In this document: piece after piece, positions 1 to 6,932 of the stretch
Layout: every line of letters begins with the position of its first letter
Numbering within the stretch: the first letter of the stretch is position 1
DNA from: Patescibacteria group bacterium
Lineage (GTDB): Bacteria; Patescibacteriota; Kazan-3B-28
NCBI GenBank assembly: GCA_028717565.1
Contig: JAQUNP010000002.1
Span: forward strand, 26,054-90,053
Direction: 5' to 3'
Length of the DNA: 64,000 nucleotides
The notes under the pieces: generated by a model
The model's database searches: none
What the model was told of the DNA's origin: nothing
What the model saw: only the letters and a program-made list of their open reading frames with translations
Made by a program: the position numbers and the translations under genes

Positions 1-312
1 GCCGCCTCGATGGGCTCGGTGTTACTGGCTGGTGGCACAAAAGGTAAAAGATATGCCTTGCCGAACTCTCGCGTGATGATTCATCAGGTGTTAGGTGGCG
101 CGCAAGGACAGGCCTCCGATATTGAAATCCATGCCAAAGAGATTCTTAGTTGGAAAAAGCAGCTCAATGAGATTTTGGCTAAGCACACTGGGCAAAAGAT
201 AGAAAAAATCGAGAAGGACGCTGACCGTGACTTCTTCTTGAAGGCAGAAGAAGCCAAGGCCTATGGTCTGATTGATGAAGTGATGGATGCCAAAAAATTG
301 GCAGTCAAGTAA
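1..312 (+). CDS. clpP: ATP-dependent Clp protease proteolytic subunit, C-terminal part (5' end lies outside the window)
   Basis: Translation ...[33 protein letters not shown]... is the typical ClpP C-terminal half. The frame is open to the window edge. Confidence 0.9.
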   Translation, partial: AASMGSVLLAGGTKGKRYALPNSRVMIHQVLGGAQGQASDIEIHAKEILSWKKQLNEILAKHTGQKIEKIEKDADRDFFLKAEEAKAYGLIDEVMDAKKLAVK

Positions 313-329
313 GTTCCGATAAAGAAAGA

Positions 330-360
330 CCCTCCCGTATCCGCCATGGGCGGGGGAGGG
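330..360. terminator. Bidirectional hairpin between convergent clpP and the Zn-ribbon ORF
   Basis: CCCTCCC...CCGCC atg GGCGG GGGAGGG nested stem. There is no clear U-run. Confidence 0.45.
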
Positions 361-379
361 CTGAAGTGGTGCAATCAGT

Positions 380-610
380 TCAGTTACCCGAGGTTGGGAC
401 GGGTTCGGGCACGTTGGAGCCAGTGACCTGTTTGCCGCATTTGGGGCAAAAGGTGTTGAGCGGTCCCAACATGGCGCCGCAGGTACACCGGGGACGCCGG
501 TAGAGAACTAGCCCCGACTGATTACACCCTCTTCGTGTGCACACAGATTGATCTGTGGGATACTTTTGTCCACATTCGGGACACTGCGCGAAATCAGCTC
601 TTTCACCCAT
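380..610 (-). CDS. Small double zinc-ribbon protein, function unknown
   Basis: 76 aa with four Cys pairs (CPEC, CTRRGC, CTC, CPKC). GAGGTG lies upstream of the ATG. A putative TTGCCA-17-TAGGTT promoter is on the minus strand. A 60-nt sample is visibly GC-rich (36/60). Confidence 0.6.
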   Translation of the reverse strand: MGERADFAQCPECGQKYPTDQSVCTRRGCNQSGLVLYRRPRCTCGAMLGPLNTFCPKCGKQVTGSNVPEPVPTSGN

Positions 611-698
611 AATTCACCTCGCTGATGCGCCATGATTGGAATACGGCTACAACCTACCATGATTTAGTAAACTTGGCAATGGAAGCGGATAATTCGTA

Positions 699-1565
699 TT
701 GAGCTATAATGTACTAGTGAAGGTAGATTTCAAGGGGTTAGTTGGACAAACGAGAGTGAAAGATACTCTCAGCCAGGTCGTGGAAGGGGATAACCTGCCA
801 CAAACTTTGGTATTTGCGGGGGCGGATGGAGTGGGCAAAGTTACCTGCGCCAAGCTTTTGGCTAAACATTTACACCAAGGTGACGGTTTGGCCGATACTT
901 TTGTTTTCAGCGAGATATTAGCAGAAGTACGTGAGCAGGGAGAGAAAAGTCCTCTGATTACCGCAACTCGGCGGATGATAAGTTTTTTGACTCGTTCGCC
1001 AATTGCCTCGAAGTATAAGGTAGCGATTATTGATGACGCACAGCGTTTAAGTGATGAGGCGCAAAACGCTTTGTTAAAAACTTTGGAAGAGCCCAGAGAA
1101 GACACCCTGCTGATGATTACGGTAAACGACGAAACAAAACTTTTACCAACGATTTTATCTAGAGCGCGGGTAATAAAGTTTGGTCCTTTGAGTGACGAAG
1201 AAATTCGGTTGGTGGTAGATGCTAGTGATGATTTGTTGCGAATGGCACAGGGCAGTCTGGGCTGGGTGAAACAAATGCAGGGCGACGATGAGGCCTGGAC
1301 GGATTTTAGAGACATGGTGGATTTTTGGCAGAACATAAAAGCCAAAGATGTGGTGGAGAGATTTGAATGGGCCAGTAAGAAACAGGTGCGAGAAGATGCC
1401 GTGCAGTTTGTGCGAACTGGCATTTTGGTAATGCGTGAAAGTTTGATGCAAGATATGAAGGCGCAAGCTGCGCTAGATATTTTGCGACTGCAAGAATGTT
1501 TGAAACAAATTGAAGATAATGTGAATGTGCGCCTAGCTCTGGAGGCGATGCTGCTTGTTTTTTAG
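699..1565 (+). CDS. holB: DNA polymerase III delta' subunit
   Basis: Motifs GADGVGKVTCA (P-loop-like), EAQNALLKTLEEP and TILSRARVIKF. The start is ambiguous: TTG at 699, or GTG at 717, which lies 6 nt after TATAAT at 705-710. Confidence 0.8.
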   Translation: MSYNVLVKVDFKGLVGQTRVKDTLSQVVEGDNLPQTLVFAGADGVGKVTCAKLLAKHLHQGDGLADTFVFSEILAEVREQGEKSPLITATRRMISFLTRSPIASKYKVAIIDDAQRLSDEAQNALLKTLEEPREDTLLMITVNDETKLLPTILSRARVIKFGPLSDEEIRLVVDASDDLLRMAQGSLGWVKQMQGDDEAWTDFRDMVDFWQNIKAKDVVERFEWASKKQVREDAVQFVRTGILVMRESLMQDMKAQAALDILRLQECLKQIEDNVNVRLALEAMLLVF

Positions 1566-1609
1566 AGGCAGATTTGGTAGAGTTAGTGCGTATTTTAAGG
1601 TGTTTTTAG

Positions 1610-2188
1610 ATGGAAGTAGTCATTTTTATTGCTACCGTAATTGCGCTAGTCATAGTGCTCAAGAAGCTACCGGTGGATGTTGATACATCTGTTAAGAATG
1701 GTAATGGCAAAAATGGTAGTAAGGCGGAAGCGGAAAAATCTCTGCGTGAACAGGCGGATGATTTCTTTGAAGCAGGGGAACTAAAAAAAGCCGAAAAAGC
1801 ATATTTGAAGATATTGTCTGGGGAGCCGGATGATGCGGGTGTTTTAAATAAGTTGGGTTTGGTATATTTGCAGGATAAAAATTACAAGGATGCAAAATCT
1901 GCGCTAAAACAGGCCTTGAAACTGGAACCAGAGAATGATACTTTTCACAACAACTTAGGTCTGCTTTATTACGAGATGGAAAAATACGAGGACGCAATTG
2001 AGGCATATCTGAAATCTATCGAGATAAATGATAAAATTGCTTCAAGGTTGGTAAATCTGGGTTTGGCGTATTTTATGACAAAAAAATACAAGAAGGCGAT
2101 TGACGTTTACGAGAAGGCGATTATTTTGGATCCTCGGAACGAAAATTATGTAGAATTGCTGAAGAAGGCGGAAGCGAAGACAAAGTAG
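1610..2188 (+). CDS. Membrane-anchored TPR-repeat protein
   Basis: N-terminal hydrophobic helix followed by repeated TPR-like 34-aa units (AEKAYLKIL, AKSALKQALKLEP, AIEAYLKSIEI, AIDVYEKAIILDP). Confidence 0.75.
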   Translation: MEVVIFIATVIALVIVLKKLPVDVDTSVKNGNGKNGSKAEAEKSLREQADDFFEAGELKKAEKAYLKILSGEPDDAGVLNKLGLVYLQDKNYKDAKSALKQALKLEPENDTFHNNLGLLYYEMEKYEDAIEAYLKSIEINDKIASRLVNLGLAYFMTKKYKKAIDVYEKAIILDPRNENYVELLKKAEAKTK

Positions 2189-2263
2189 GCCGAGGTAGCT
2201 CAGGGGTAGAGCAACCCCATGGTAAGGGGTAGGTCGTGGGTTCAATTCCCATCCTCGGCTCCA
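2189..2263 (+). tRNA. tRNA-Thr (anticodon GGU)
   Basis: Hand-folded cloverleaf: acceptor GCCGAGG/CCTCGGC, anticodon loop AUGGUAA, T-loop TTCAATT, encoded CCA. Confidence 0.9.
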
Positions 2264-2401
2264 GAATTTGCTCCATTTTATAAAATCAAGCAAATTCTGC
2301 CCTTCGAAGTGAAATCTATATCGAGCAGAGAATTAGATATTCTATTGCGAGATGAGATTGAACGAAGAACGGGCACGCTGTGAAGTTTTACTTAACAACA
2401 T

Positions 2402-2487
2402 GCCAGGGTACCGAAGCGGTCAAACGGAGCGGTCTGTAAAACCGTTGGCTTACGCCTTCCTAGGTTCGAATCCTAGCCCTGGCACCA
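2402..2487 (+). tRNA. tRNA-Tyr (anticodon GUA), long variable arm
   Basis: Acceptor GCCAGGG/CCCTGGC, anticodon loop CUGUAAA, variable arm GGCttaCGCC, T-arm CTAGG TTCGAAT CCTAG, encoded CCA. Confidence 0.9.
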
Positions 2488-2491
2488 GCAG

Positions 2492-2566
2492 GCCGGAGTA
2501 GCTCAACGGTAGAGCAACTGTTTTGTAAACAGTAGGTTGGGGGTTCGATTCCTCTCTCCGGCTCCA
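2492..2566 (+). tRNA. tRNA-Thr (anticodon UGU)
   Basis: Acceptor GCCGGAG/CTCCGGC, anticodon stem ACTGT/ACAGT with loop UUUGUAA, T-loop TTCGATT, encoded CCA. Confidence 0.9.
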
Positions 2567-2650
2567 AAATATATTTTGGGCTTCAAATTTACTTTGAGGG
2601 CGGTTTTTGCTATACCTAGAGCATCAACTTGTTCGTTCGGGAGGTCTGAA

Positions 2651-2971
2651 ATGTCTGAAAAGCCGTCGGGAGTAGCAAATAATTTCTGGATGCTAGCCAT
2701 GATGATTCTGATCACTCTGTACGCGGTGTGTCTATGGCAGTGCTACTGGGATGTAATGGATCTCTACGAAAGGAATGCACGGCTTGAGGCCAATCTCGAC
2801 CAAGCACTTACTGTACAGGCGGCTATGCTGGAAAGGATCAAAACGCTGGAGGCCGCTGCCCCAAAGGCGTTGACTGCGTCTGAGCTGGGACAGGTTAGCT
2901 TTCGGATGGCTACGGATGAACCGACTCTGAAGGAAGAGATCGAGCGAGTGACTGGTTGGGTTTTGCCCTAA
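2651..2971 (+). CDS. Small membrane protein with coiled-coil tail, function unknown
   Basis: GGGAGG is 6 nt before the ATG at 2651. It has one hydrophobic helix (FWMLAMMILITLYAVCLW) and then a heptad-like region. The longer ORF-track start at 2537 would overlap tRNA-Thr and was not used. Confidence 0.55.
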   Translation: MSEKPSGVANNFWMLAMMILITLYAVCLWQCYWDVMDLYERNARLEANLDQALTVQAAMLERIKTLEAAAPKALTASELGQVSFRMATDEPTLKEEIERVTGWVLP

Positions 2972-2989
2972 GGCAGTGCAAGCATGTAC

Positions 2990-3018
2990 GCTCCTCCGCT
3001 CATGCCGAGCGGAGGAGC
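2990..3018 (+). terminator. Hairpin after the 2651 ORF
   Basis: GCTCCTCCGCT catgccg AGCGGAGGAGC, an 11-bp perfect stem with no U-run. Confidence 0.4.
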
Positions 3019-3023
3019 CCTCC

Positions 3024-3052
3024 TTGACACAAAAACAGGCCTCGTACATAAT
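3024..3052 (+). promoter_or_regulatory. Sigma70-like promoter upstream of the rplK leader
   Basis: TTGACA (3024-3029), 17-nt spacer, CATAAT (3047-3052). The first ATG of the leader lies 10 nt downstream. Confidence 0.6.
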
Positions 3053-3061
3053 ATCCCTTGT

Positions 3062-3208
3062 TATGCCCTGTAGAGAATTTTAGAATGATTATCTAGATTT
3101 TACTTTTTCAGGGACATAGCCATGTTAGTGAAAGGTTGTTATCAGTTTGGAATTGTCGTGAATTTACGATAATCAGGTAAAATTTTCTAAAATCTTCTAC
3201 AGGGTATG
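3062..3208 (+). promoter_or_regulatory. Structured leader element copy 1 (mini-ORF MPCREF plus long hairpin) ending in the rplK start codon
   Basis: The 5' arm TATGCCCTGTAGAGAATTTTAGAA pairs with the 3' arm TTCTAAAATCTTCTACAGGGTATG (about 24 bp, one A.C mismatch). The inner stem is TGATTATC/GATAATCA. The same termini occur at 21115-21254 and 24328-24468. Confidence 0.7.
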
Positions 3209-3634
3209 GCAAAGAAAGTTAGGACAGTTGTGAAGCTTCAGTGCGAAGCTGGTAAAGCTAACCCGGCTCCGCCGGTAGGTACGGCTTTGGGTCCCCATGG
3301 TATTCAAATCATGGATTTTTGTAACCAGTTTAATGATCGGACCAAAGAGCTAATGGGTAGTGTGATCCCAGCCGTCATTACTATTTACGAAGACAGATCT
3401 TTTGATTTTATTTTGAAGCAACCTCCAGCTGCTGAACTGATTAAGAAGGCAGCAGGGCTTTCCAAAGGTTCAGGTGTGCCGAATAAGGAGAAAGTGGGTA
3501 AGTTGACCAGGGCACAGATAAAAGAAATTGCTGAAAAAAAGATGCCCGATTTAAATGCTAATGATATTGAAGCCGCGATGAAAATTATTGAGGGTACGGC
3601 TAAGAATATGGGCGTGGAAATAAACGGGAAATAA
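3206..3634 (+). CDS. rplK: 50S ribosomal protein L11
   Basis: [29 protein letters not shown] is the canonical L11 N-terminus; 142 aa. Confidence 0.95.
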   Translation: MAKKVRTVVKLQCEAGKANPAPPVGTALGPHGIQIMDFCNQFNDRTKELMGSVIPAVITIYEDRSFDFILKQPPAAELIKKAAGLSKGSGVPNKEKVGKLTRAQIKEIAEKKMPDLNANDIEAAMKIIEGTAKNMGVEINGK

Positions 3635-3685
3635 TTATATTCTTTGACGCCACAGTACCAGGGTGAAACCTTCGGTACACGGCAG

Positions 3686-3720
3686 GCGGGAGTTCCGGTA
3701 GACCGGAACGTTGGAACCGC
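3686..3720 (+). promoter_or_regulatory. Possible L1-binding mRNA mimic in the rplK-rplA spacer
   Basis: GCGG gag TTCCGG taga CCGGAA cgttggaa CCGC is a helix with an asymmetric loop containing GGGAG. It lies just upstream of the rplA SD. L1 autoregulatory sites are known upstream of rplK or rplA in other lineages. Confidence 0.3.
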
Positions 3721-3734
3721 TAAGGAGAAATGAT

Positions 3735-4475
3735 ATGGCAGGCAAGAAAAAAGCCGAAGGCGAGGCCAAAAAGCCAAAAGTGCAGAAGTTTGGTCACGGT
3801 AAGAAATATTTAGATGCATTAGGGAAAGTCGATCGCGACAAGTTTTATGCTGTTGATGAGGCCTTGAAGTTGGTTCAGGAGACCTCGCCAGTAAAGTTTG
3901 ACGCTACAGTTGAATTGCATATGCAAATGGGTGTCGACCCCAAAAAGGCCGATCAGAATATTCGCGGTACGGTAAATATGCCGGCTGGTATTGGTCGTGA
4001 ACAAAAAGTTTTAGTACTGGCTGAAGATGGCGACGCCAAGAAAGCATTAGCTGCTGGGGCGGATTTCGCTGGACTCGATGACATGATAGAAAAAATTTCT
4101 AAGGGCTGGATGGATTTTGATGTAGTAATTGCCACCCCGGCGGTGATGCCAAAGGTAGGTAAGCTGGGTCAAACTTTAGGTACTAAAGGCATGATGCCGA
4201 ATCCTAAGTCCGGTACAGTGACAGCTGATGTCGAGAAAACTGTTAAGGAATTTAAAAAAGGCAAAGTGGAGTTTCGGTTAGACAAAGATGCGATTGTCCA
4301 TATTGGTTTTGGCAAAGTATCATTTAAACCAGAGGATTTGAAAGCTAACTTTGTGGCTTTGCTGGAGGCCATTAAAGCGGCTAAGCCATCTAGTGCCAAA
4401 GGTACTTATATAAAAAGGCTGACACTGGCCAGCACCATGGGTCCAGGAGTGAAGGTGGATATCTCAAGTATCTAG
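3735..4475 (+). CDS. rplA: 50S ribosomal protein L1
   Basis: AAGGAG lies 6 nt before the ATG at 3735. Motifs: MAGKKK..GKKY..A...VD..K.Y...EA and GTVNMPAGIG. Confidence 0.93.
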   Translation: MAGKKKAEGEAKKPKVQKFGHGKKYLDALGKVDRDKFYAVDEALKLVQETSPVKFDATVELHMQMGVDPKKADQNIRGTVNMPAGIGREQKVLVLAEDGDAKKALAAGADFAGLDDMIEKISKGWMDFDVVIATPAVMPKVGKLGQTLGTKGMMPNPKSGTVTADVEKTVKEFKKGKVEFRLDKDAIVHIGFGKVSFKPEDLKANFVALLEAIKAAKPSSAKGTYIKRLTLASTMGPGVKVDISSI

Positions 4476-4506
4476 GAGCATGGTACAATGTCCCTTGGAG
4501 GTGAGT

Positions 4507-5055
4507 ATGATACGACCAACTTGGGACGACTATTTTTTTGGCATCATGCAGTCCGTAGCCAGTCGGGCGACTTGTGATAGGGGCAGAAGCGGAGCAGTGA
4601 TTGTAAAAAATAAGCAGATTTTAGTGACTGGCTATGTAGGTTCGCCGAAGGGTCTGCCGCACTGTGATGATGTTGGTCATGAGTTTAAAGATACTATTCA
4701 TGAAGACGGACATGTGTCTAAGCACTGTGTCCGTACGATTCATGCGGAGCAAAACGCTATCTGCCAAGCAGCCAAGTGCGGAATAGCAGTTGAGGGGGCG
4801 ACGTTGTATTGTCGAATGACACCATGTTATACCTGTGCCAAAATTATTATTAACGCGGGTATTGCTAGAGTCGCAGTATTGAAAGATTATCATGCCGGTG
4901 CCGACAGCCGACGAATTTTTAAAGAAGCGGGGATTCAATTCGATATCATGGACGATAGTTTTGAGCCCTATGATGATCAGGCCGGAACCTTTGGAAGGAT
5001 AGAAGAGCCGACTGCTGCCACCAAAGACACGGCGGAGGTTTTGCGTGAAAGTTAG
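4507..5055 (+). CDS. Deoxycytidylate (dCMP) deaminase
   Basis: GGAGGTG SD. Zinc motifs HAEQNAI and PCYTCAKIIINAGI (CMP/dCMP deaminase signature). Confidence 0.85.
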   Translation: MIRPTWDDYFFGIMQSVASRATCDRGRSGAVIVKNKQILVTGYVGSPKGLPHCDDVGHEFKDTIHEDGHVSKHCVRTIHAEQNAICQAAKCGIAVEGATLYCRMTPCYTCAKIIINAGIARVAVLKDYHAGADSRRIFKEAGIQFDIMDDSFEPYDDQAGTFGRIEEPTAATKDTAEVLRES

Positions 5056-5476
5056 GGTAAAACGTATAGACAAAGATTTGCCGCTGCCACTATATGAAAC
5101 GGCTGGTGCGGTGTGTTTTGATTTGAGTGCACGGGAAAGTGTAACTATATCTCCTGGTGATTTAGCTCGGATCAAGCTTAACGTAGTGGTGGCTACACCA
5201 CCTGGCTATATGTTGATGTTGATACCGAGGAGCTCATTGCCAACCAAAAAGCCGGGGTTGATTTACCCGCACGGCGTGGGAGTGATTGATCAAGATTATT
5301 GTGGGCCAGAAGATGAGTTGATGTTGCAGGTGAAAAATGTTGGTAGCCAACCAGTGGAGATTGAGCGAGGCGAACGGATTGCTCAAGCCGGTTTTGTGAA
5401 GATCGAACGTGGCGAATTGGAAGAGGTCGAAGAGATGGAGGCAGCGAGCCGCGGTGGGTTTGGCAGCACGGGGTAA
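5045..5476 (+). CDS. dut: dUTP diphosphatase
   Basis: GTG start overlaps the upstream gene. Motifs AGAVCFDL, GVGVIDQDYCGP and C-terminal SRGGFGSTG. Confidence 0.85.
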   Translation: MKVRVKRIDKDLPLPLYETAGAVCFDLSARESVTISPGDLARIKLNVVVATPPGYMLMLIPRSSLPTKKPGLIYPHGVGVIDQDYCGPEDELMLQVKNVGSQPVEIERGERIAQAGFVKIERGELEEVEEMEAASRGGFGSTG

Positions 5477-5519
5477 ATATGTATAGAATGAGACATCTAA
5501 AGACAAAAGGGGGCGTCCA

Positions 5520-6188
5520 ATGACGACGGTCTCTGATCTTTTTAAGCGAGTAGTAGTGCTGGAGGGCATCGACGGTGCCGGTAAGGGCGCAGTGCTGGAG
5601 CGGTTTTGCCAAGCGTTGGAGGCACGAGGTATCCCCGTTTTGCGTACAGCAGAACCCACCAGTGGTGAGTGGGGCGTACGCATTCGACGGGCTTTAAACA
5701 AAGAGGATCGCGAGGTGCAGCGACCGCGGGACCCTTTGGAGTTTCAGGCCTGGTATGACCGAGACCGGCAGGAGCACATGCGCGACGTGGAAGAGTGGCT
5801 GCGAAAAAACCCGATAGGTGTCGTGGTTTCGGATCGCGGTGTCCCGAGTACCATAGCGTATGCTCTGGCTGAGGGAGCCGATGAAGAAGCGCTTCGCACA
5901 ATGGTTAAGTGGACGCCTCGTCCAGGGACCATTGTCTTTCTGCGGGTGCTGCCAGAGGTGGCAAGGCGCCGTCGGCAGGAGCGTGATCGGCCGCTAGAGG
6001 GTTTCGAAGAAGACACTTTTCAGGGGAAACTGGAAGCGGCCTACGGGCGGGTACCCGAGTTCGGTTTTCCTATGGAGTGGGTGGATAACAATGGCGATGG
6101 TAATCAGGCCATTGAATCTACGGTGAGACATATCCTGCACCTAGTTATGCCTCGACTGCGCGATGCTGGGGTTAGGGGCATCGCTTAA
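5520..6188 (+). CDS. tmk: Thymidylate kinase-like P-loop kinase (GC-rich)
   Basis: VVLEGIDGAGKG P-loop, SDRG (DR motif) and an Arg-rich lid RRRRQERDRP. Hand-counted 60-nt samples give 36/60 and 43/60 GC, against 29/60 in dut. Confidence 0.75.
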   Translation: MTTVSDLFKRVVVLEGIDGAGKGAVLERFCQALEARGIPVLRTAEPTSGEWGVRIRRALNKEDREVQRPRDPLEFQAWYDRDRQEHMRDVEEWLRKNPIGVVVSDRGVPSTIAYALAEGADEEALRTMVKWTPRPGTIVFLRVLPEVARRRRQERDRPLEGFEEDTFQGKLEAAYGRVPEFGFPMEWVDNNGDGNQAIESTVRHILHLVMPRLRDAGVRGIA

Positions 6189-6252
6189 GCTACTATTTCT
6201 TTTAAGAGCAATATCCCCGCATCGCCAGGCGGGGGTATTTCATTTAAAAGTG

Positions 6253-6281
6253 TTGACTAACTGGATATTAGTTTCTAGAAT
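6253..6281 (+). promoter_or_regulatory. Promoter of rplJ-rplL, followed by a ~110-nt leader
   Basis: TTGACT-17-TAGAAT. The leader contains hairpins (GTAGG..CCTAC, CTGGaagCCAG, CCGAG..CTCGG) and may be an L10-type autoregulatory leader. Confidence 0.55.
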
Positions 6282-6393
6282 ACTGACATATCCTTTTTTA
6301 AGACAGTAGGTACACAAATTAAATCCTACCGAGAAGGGACTGGAAGCCAGTTGGCTGCCTTACGGTCTGTCTCGGTGGAAACCGAGGTTTTTT

Positions 6394-6918
6394 ATGCCTA
6401 AAACAAGACAACAAAAAGAGCAGGAATTGAGCCGTTTAACCGGTCTGTTGAAAGACGCTGATTTTGGCGTTTTAACAGATTTTACCGGCTTGTCGATGGT
6501 GGATTTAGATAATTTTCGAGCGAAGGCTAGGGAAAAGGGTGTGCAATATACAGTAGTGAAGACATCACTCTTGGATTTGGCAGCTAAAAAGGTGGGTTTT
6601 AGTGGAGTGAATACTGTTAAGCAGGGCAAAAGCTACGCTTTGGCACACGGTGGCAAGGATGAGGTGTCTATTTCCAAACTAGTTAATGATTTTGCAAAAC
6701 AAAGTGAAGGCAGAGTAAACATCTACGCTGGATTGATTAATGGGGAGGTTGTGCCAGCTGGTATGGTGGTGCAGTTAGCTTCGCTGCCGTCCTATGAGGA
6801 ATTGATGGCGAAGGTGGTCGGCTCTATGAATGCACCTATCTCGAATTTTGTTTACTCGATTAACTACACTATGCAATCGTTTTATAACGTTGTGAAAGCT
6901 ATACAAGAATCTAAATAA
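6394..6918 (+). CDS. rplJ: 50S ribosomal protein L10
   Basis: 174 aa. Its position upstream of rplL and the overall L10-like sequence (TGLSMVDLDNFRAKARE) support the call. Confidence 0.9.
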   Translation: MPKTRQQKEQELSRLTGLLKDADFGVLTDFTGLSMVDLDNFRAKAREKGVQYTVVKTSLLDLAAKKVGFSGVNTVKQGKSYALAHGGKDEVSISKLVNDFAKQSEGRVNIYAGLINGEVVPAGMVVQLASLPSYEELMAKVVGSMNAPISNFVYSINYTMQSFYNVVKAIQESK

Positions 6919-6932
6919 TATAAGAGGTTATT

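Noticed and set aside
704-1423. Long antisense ORFs in the track: 704-1423(-), 33392-34054(-), 56455-57117(-), 47777-48304(-), 59975-60520(-), 8870-9514(-) and many shorter ones.
   Set aside because: Each lies entirely opposite a plus-strand gene with clear family motifs. They have no RBS or promoter and low-complexity translations, so they are shadow ORFs.
3711-3734. ORF-track upstream alternative starts: rplA 3711, dCMP deaminase 4480, manC 15742, secF 18159, nrdJ 29073, DUF167 32685, the PKD gene 50607, the LPXTG gene 52407, ftsE 56177, the M23 gene 57732, and small ORFs at 2537, 44086, 59194 and 62653.
   Set aside because: In each case a downstream ATG (or GTG) has a proper SD or matches the canonical family N-terminus, and the extensions overlap tRNAs, hairpins or upstream genes.
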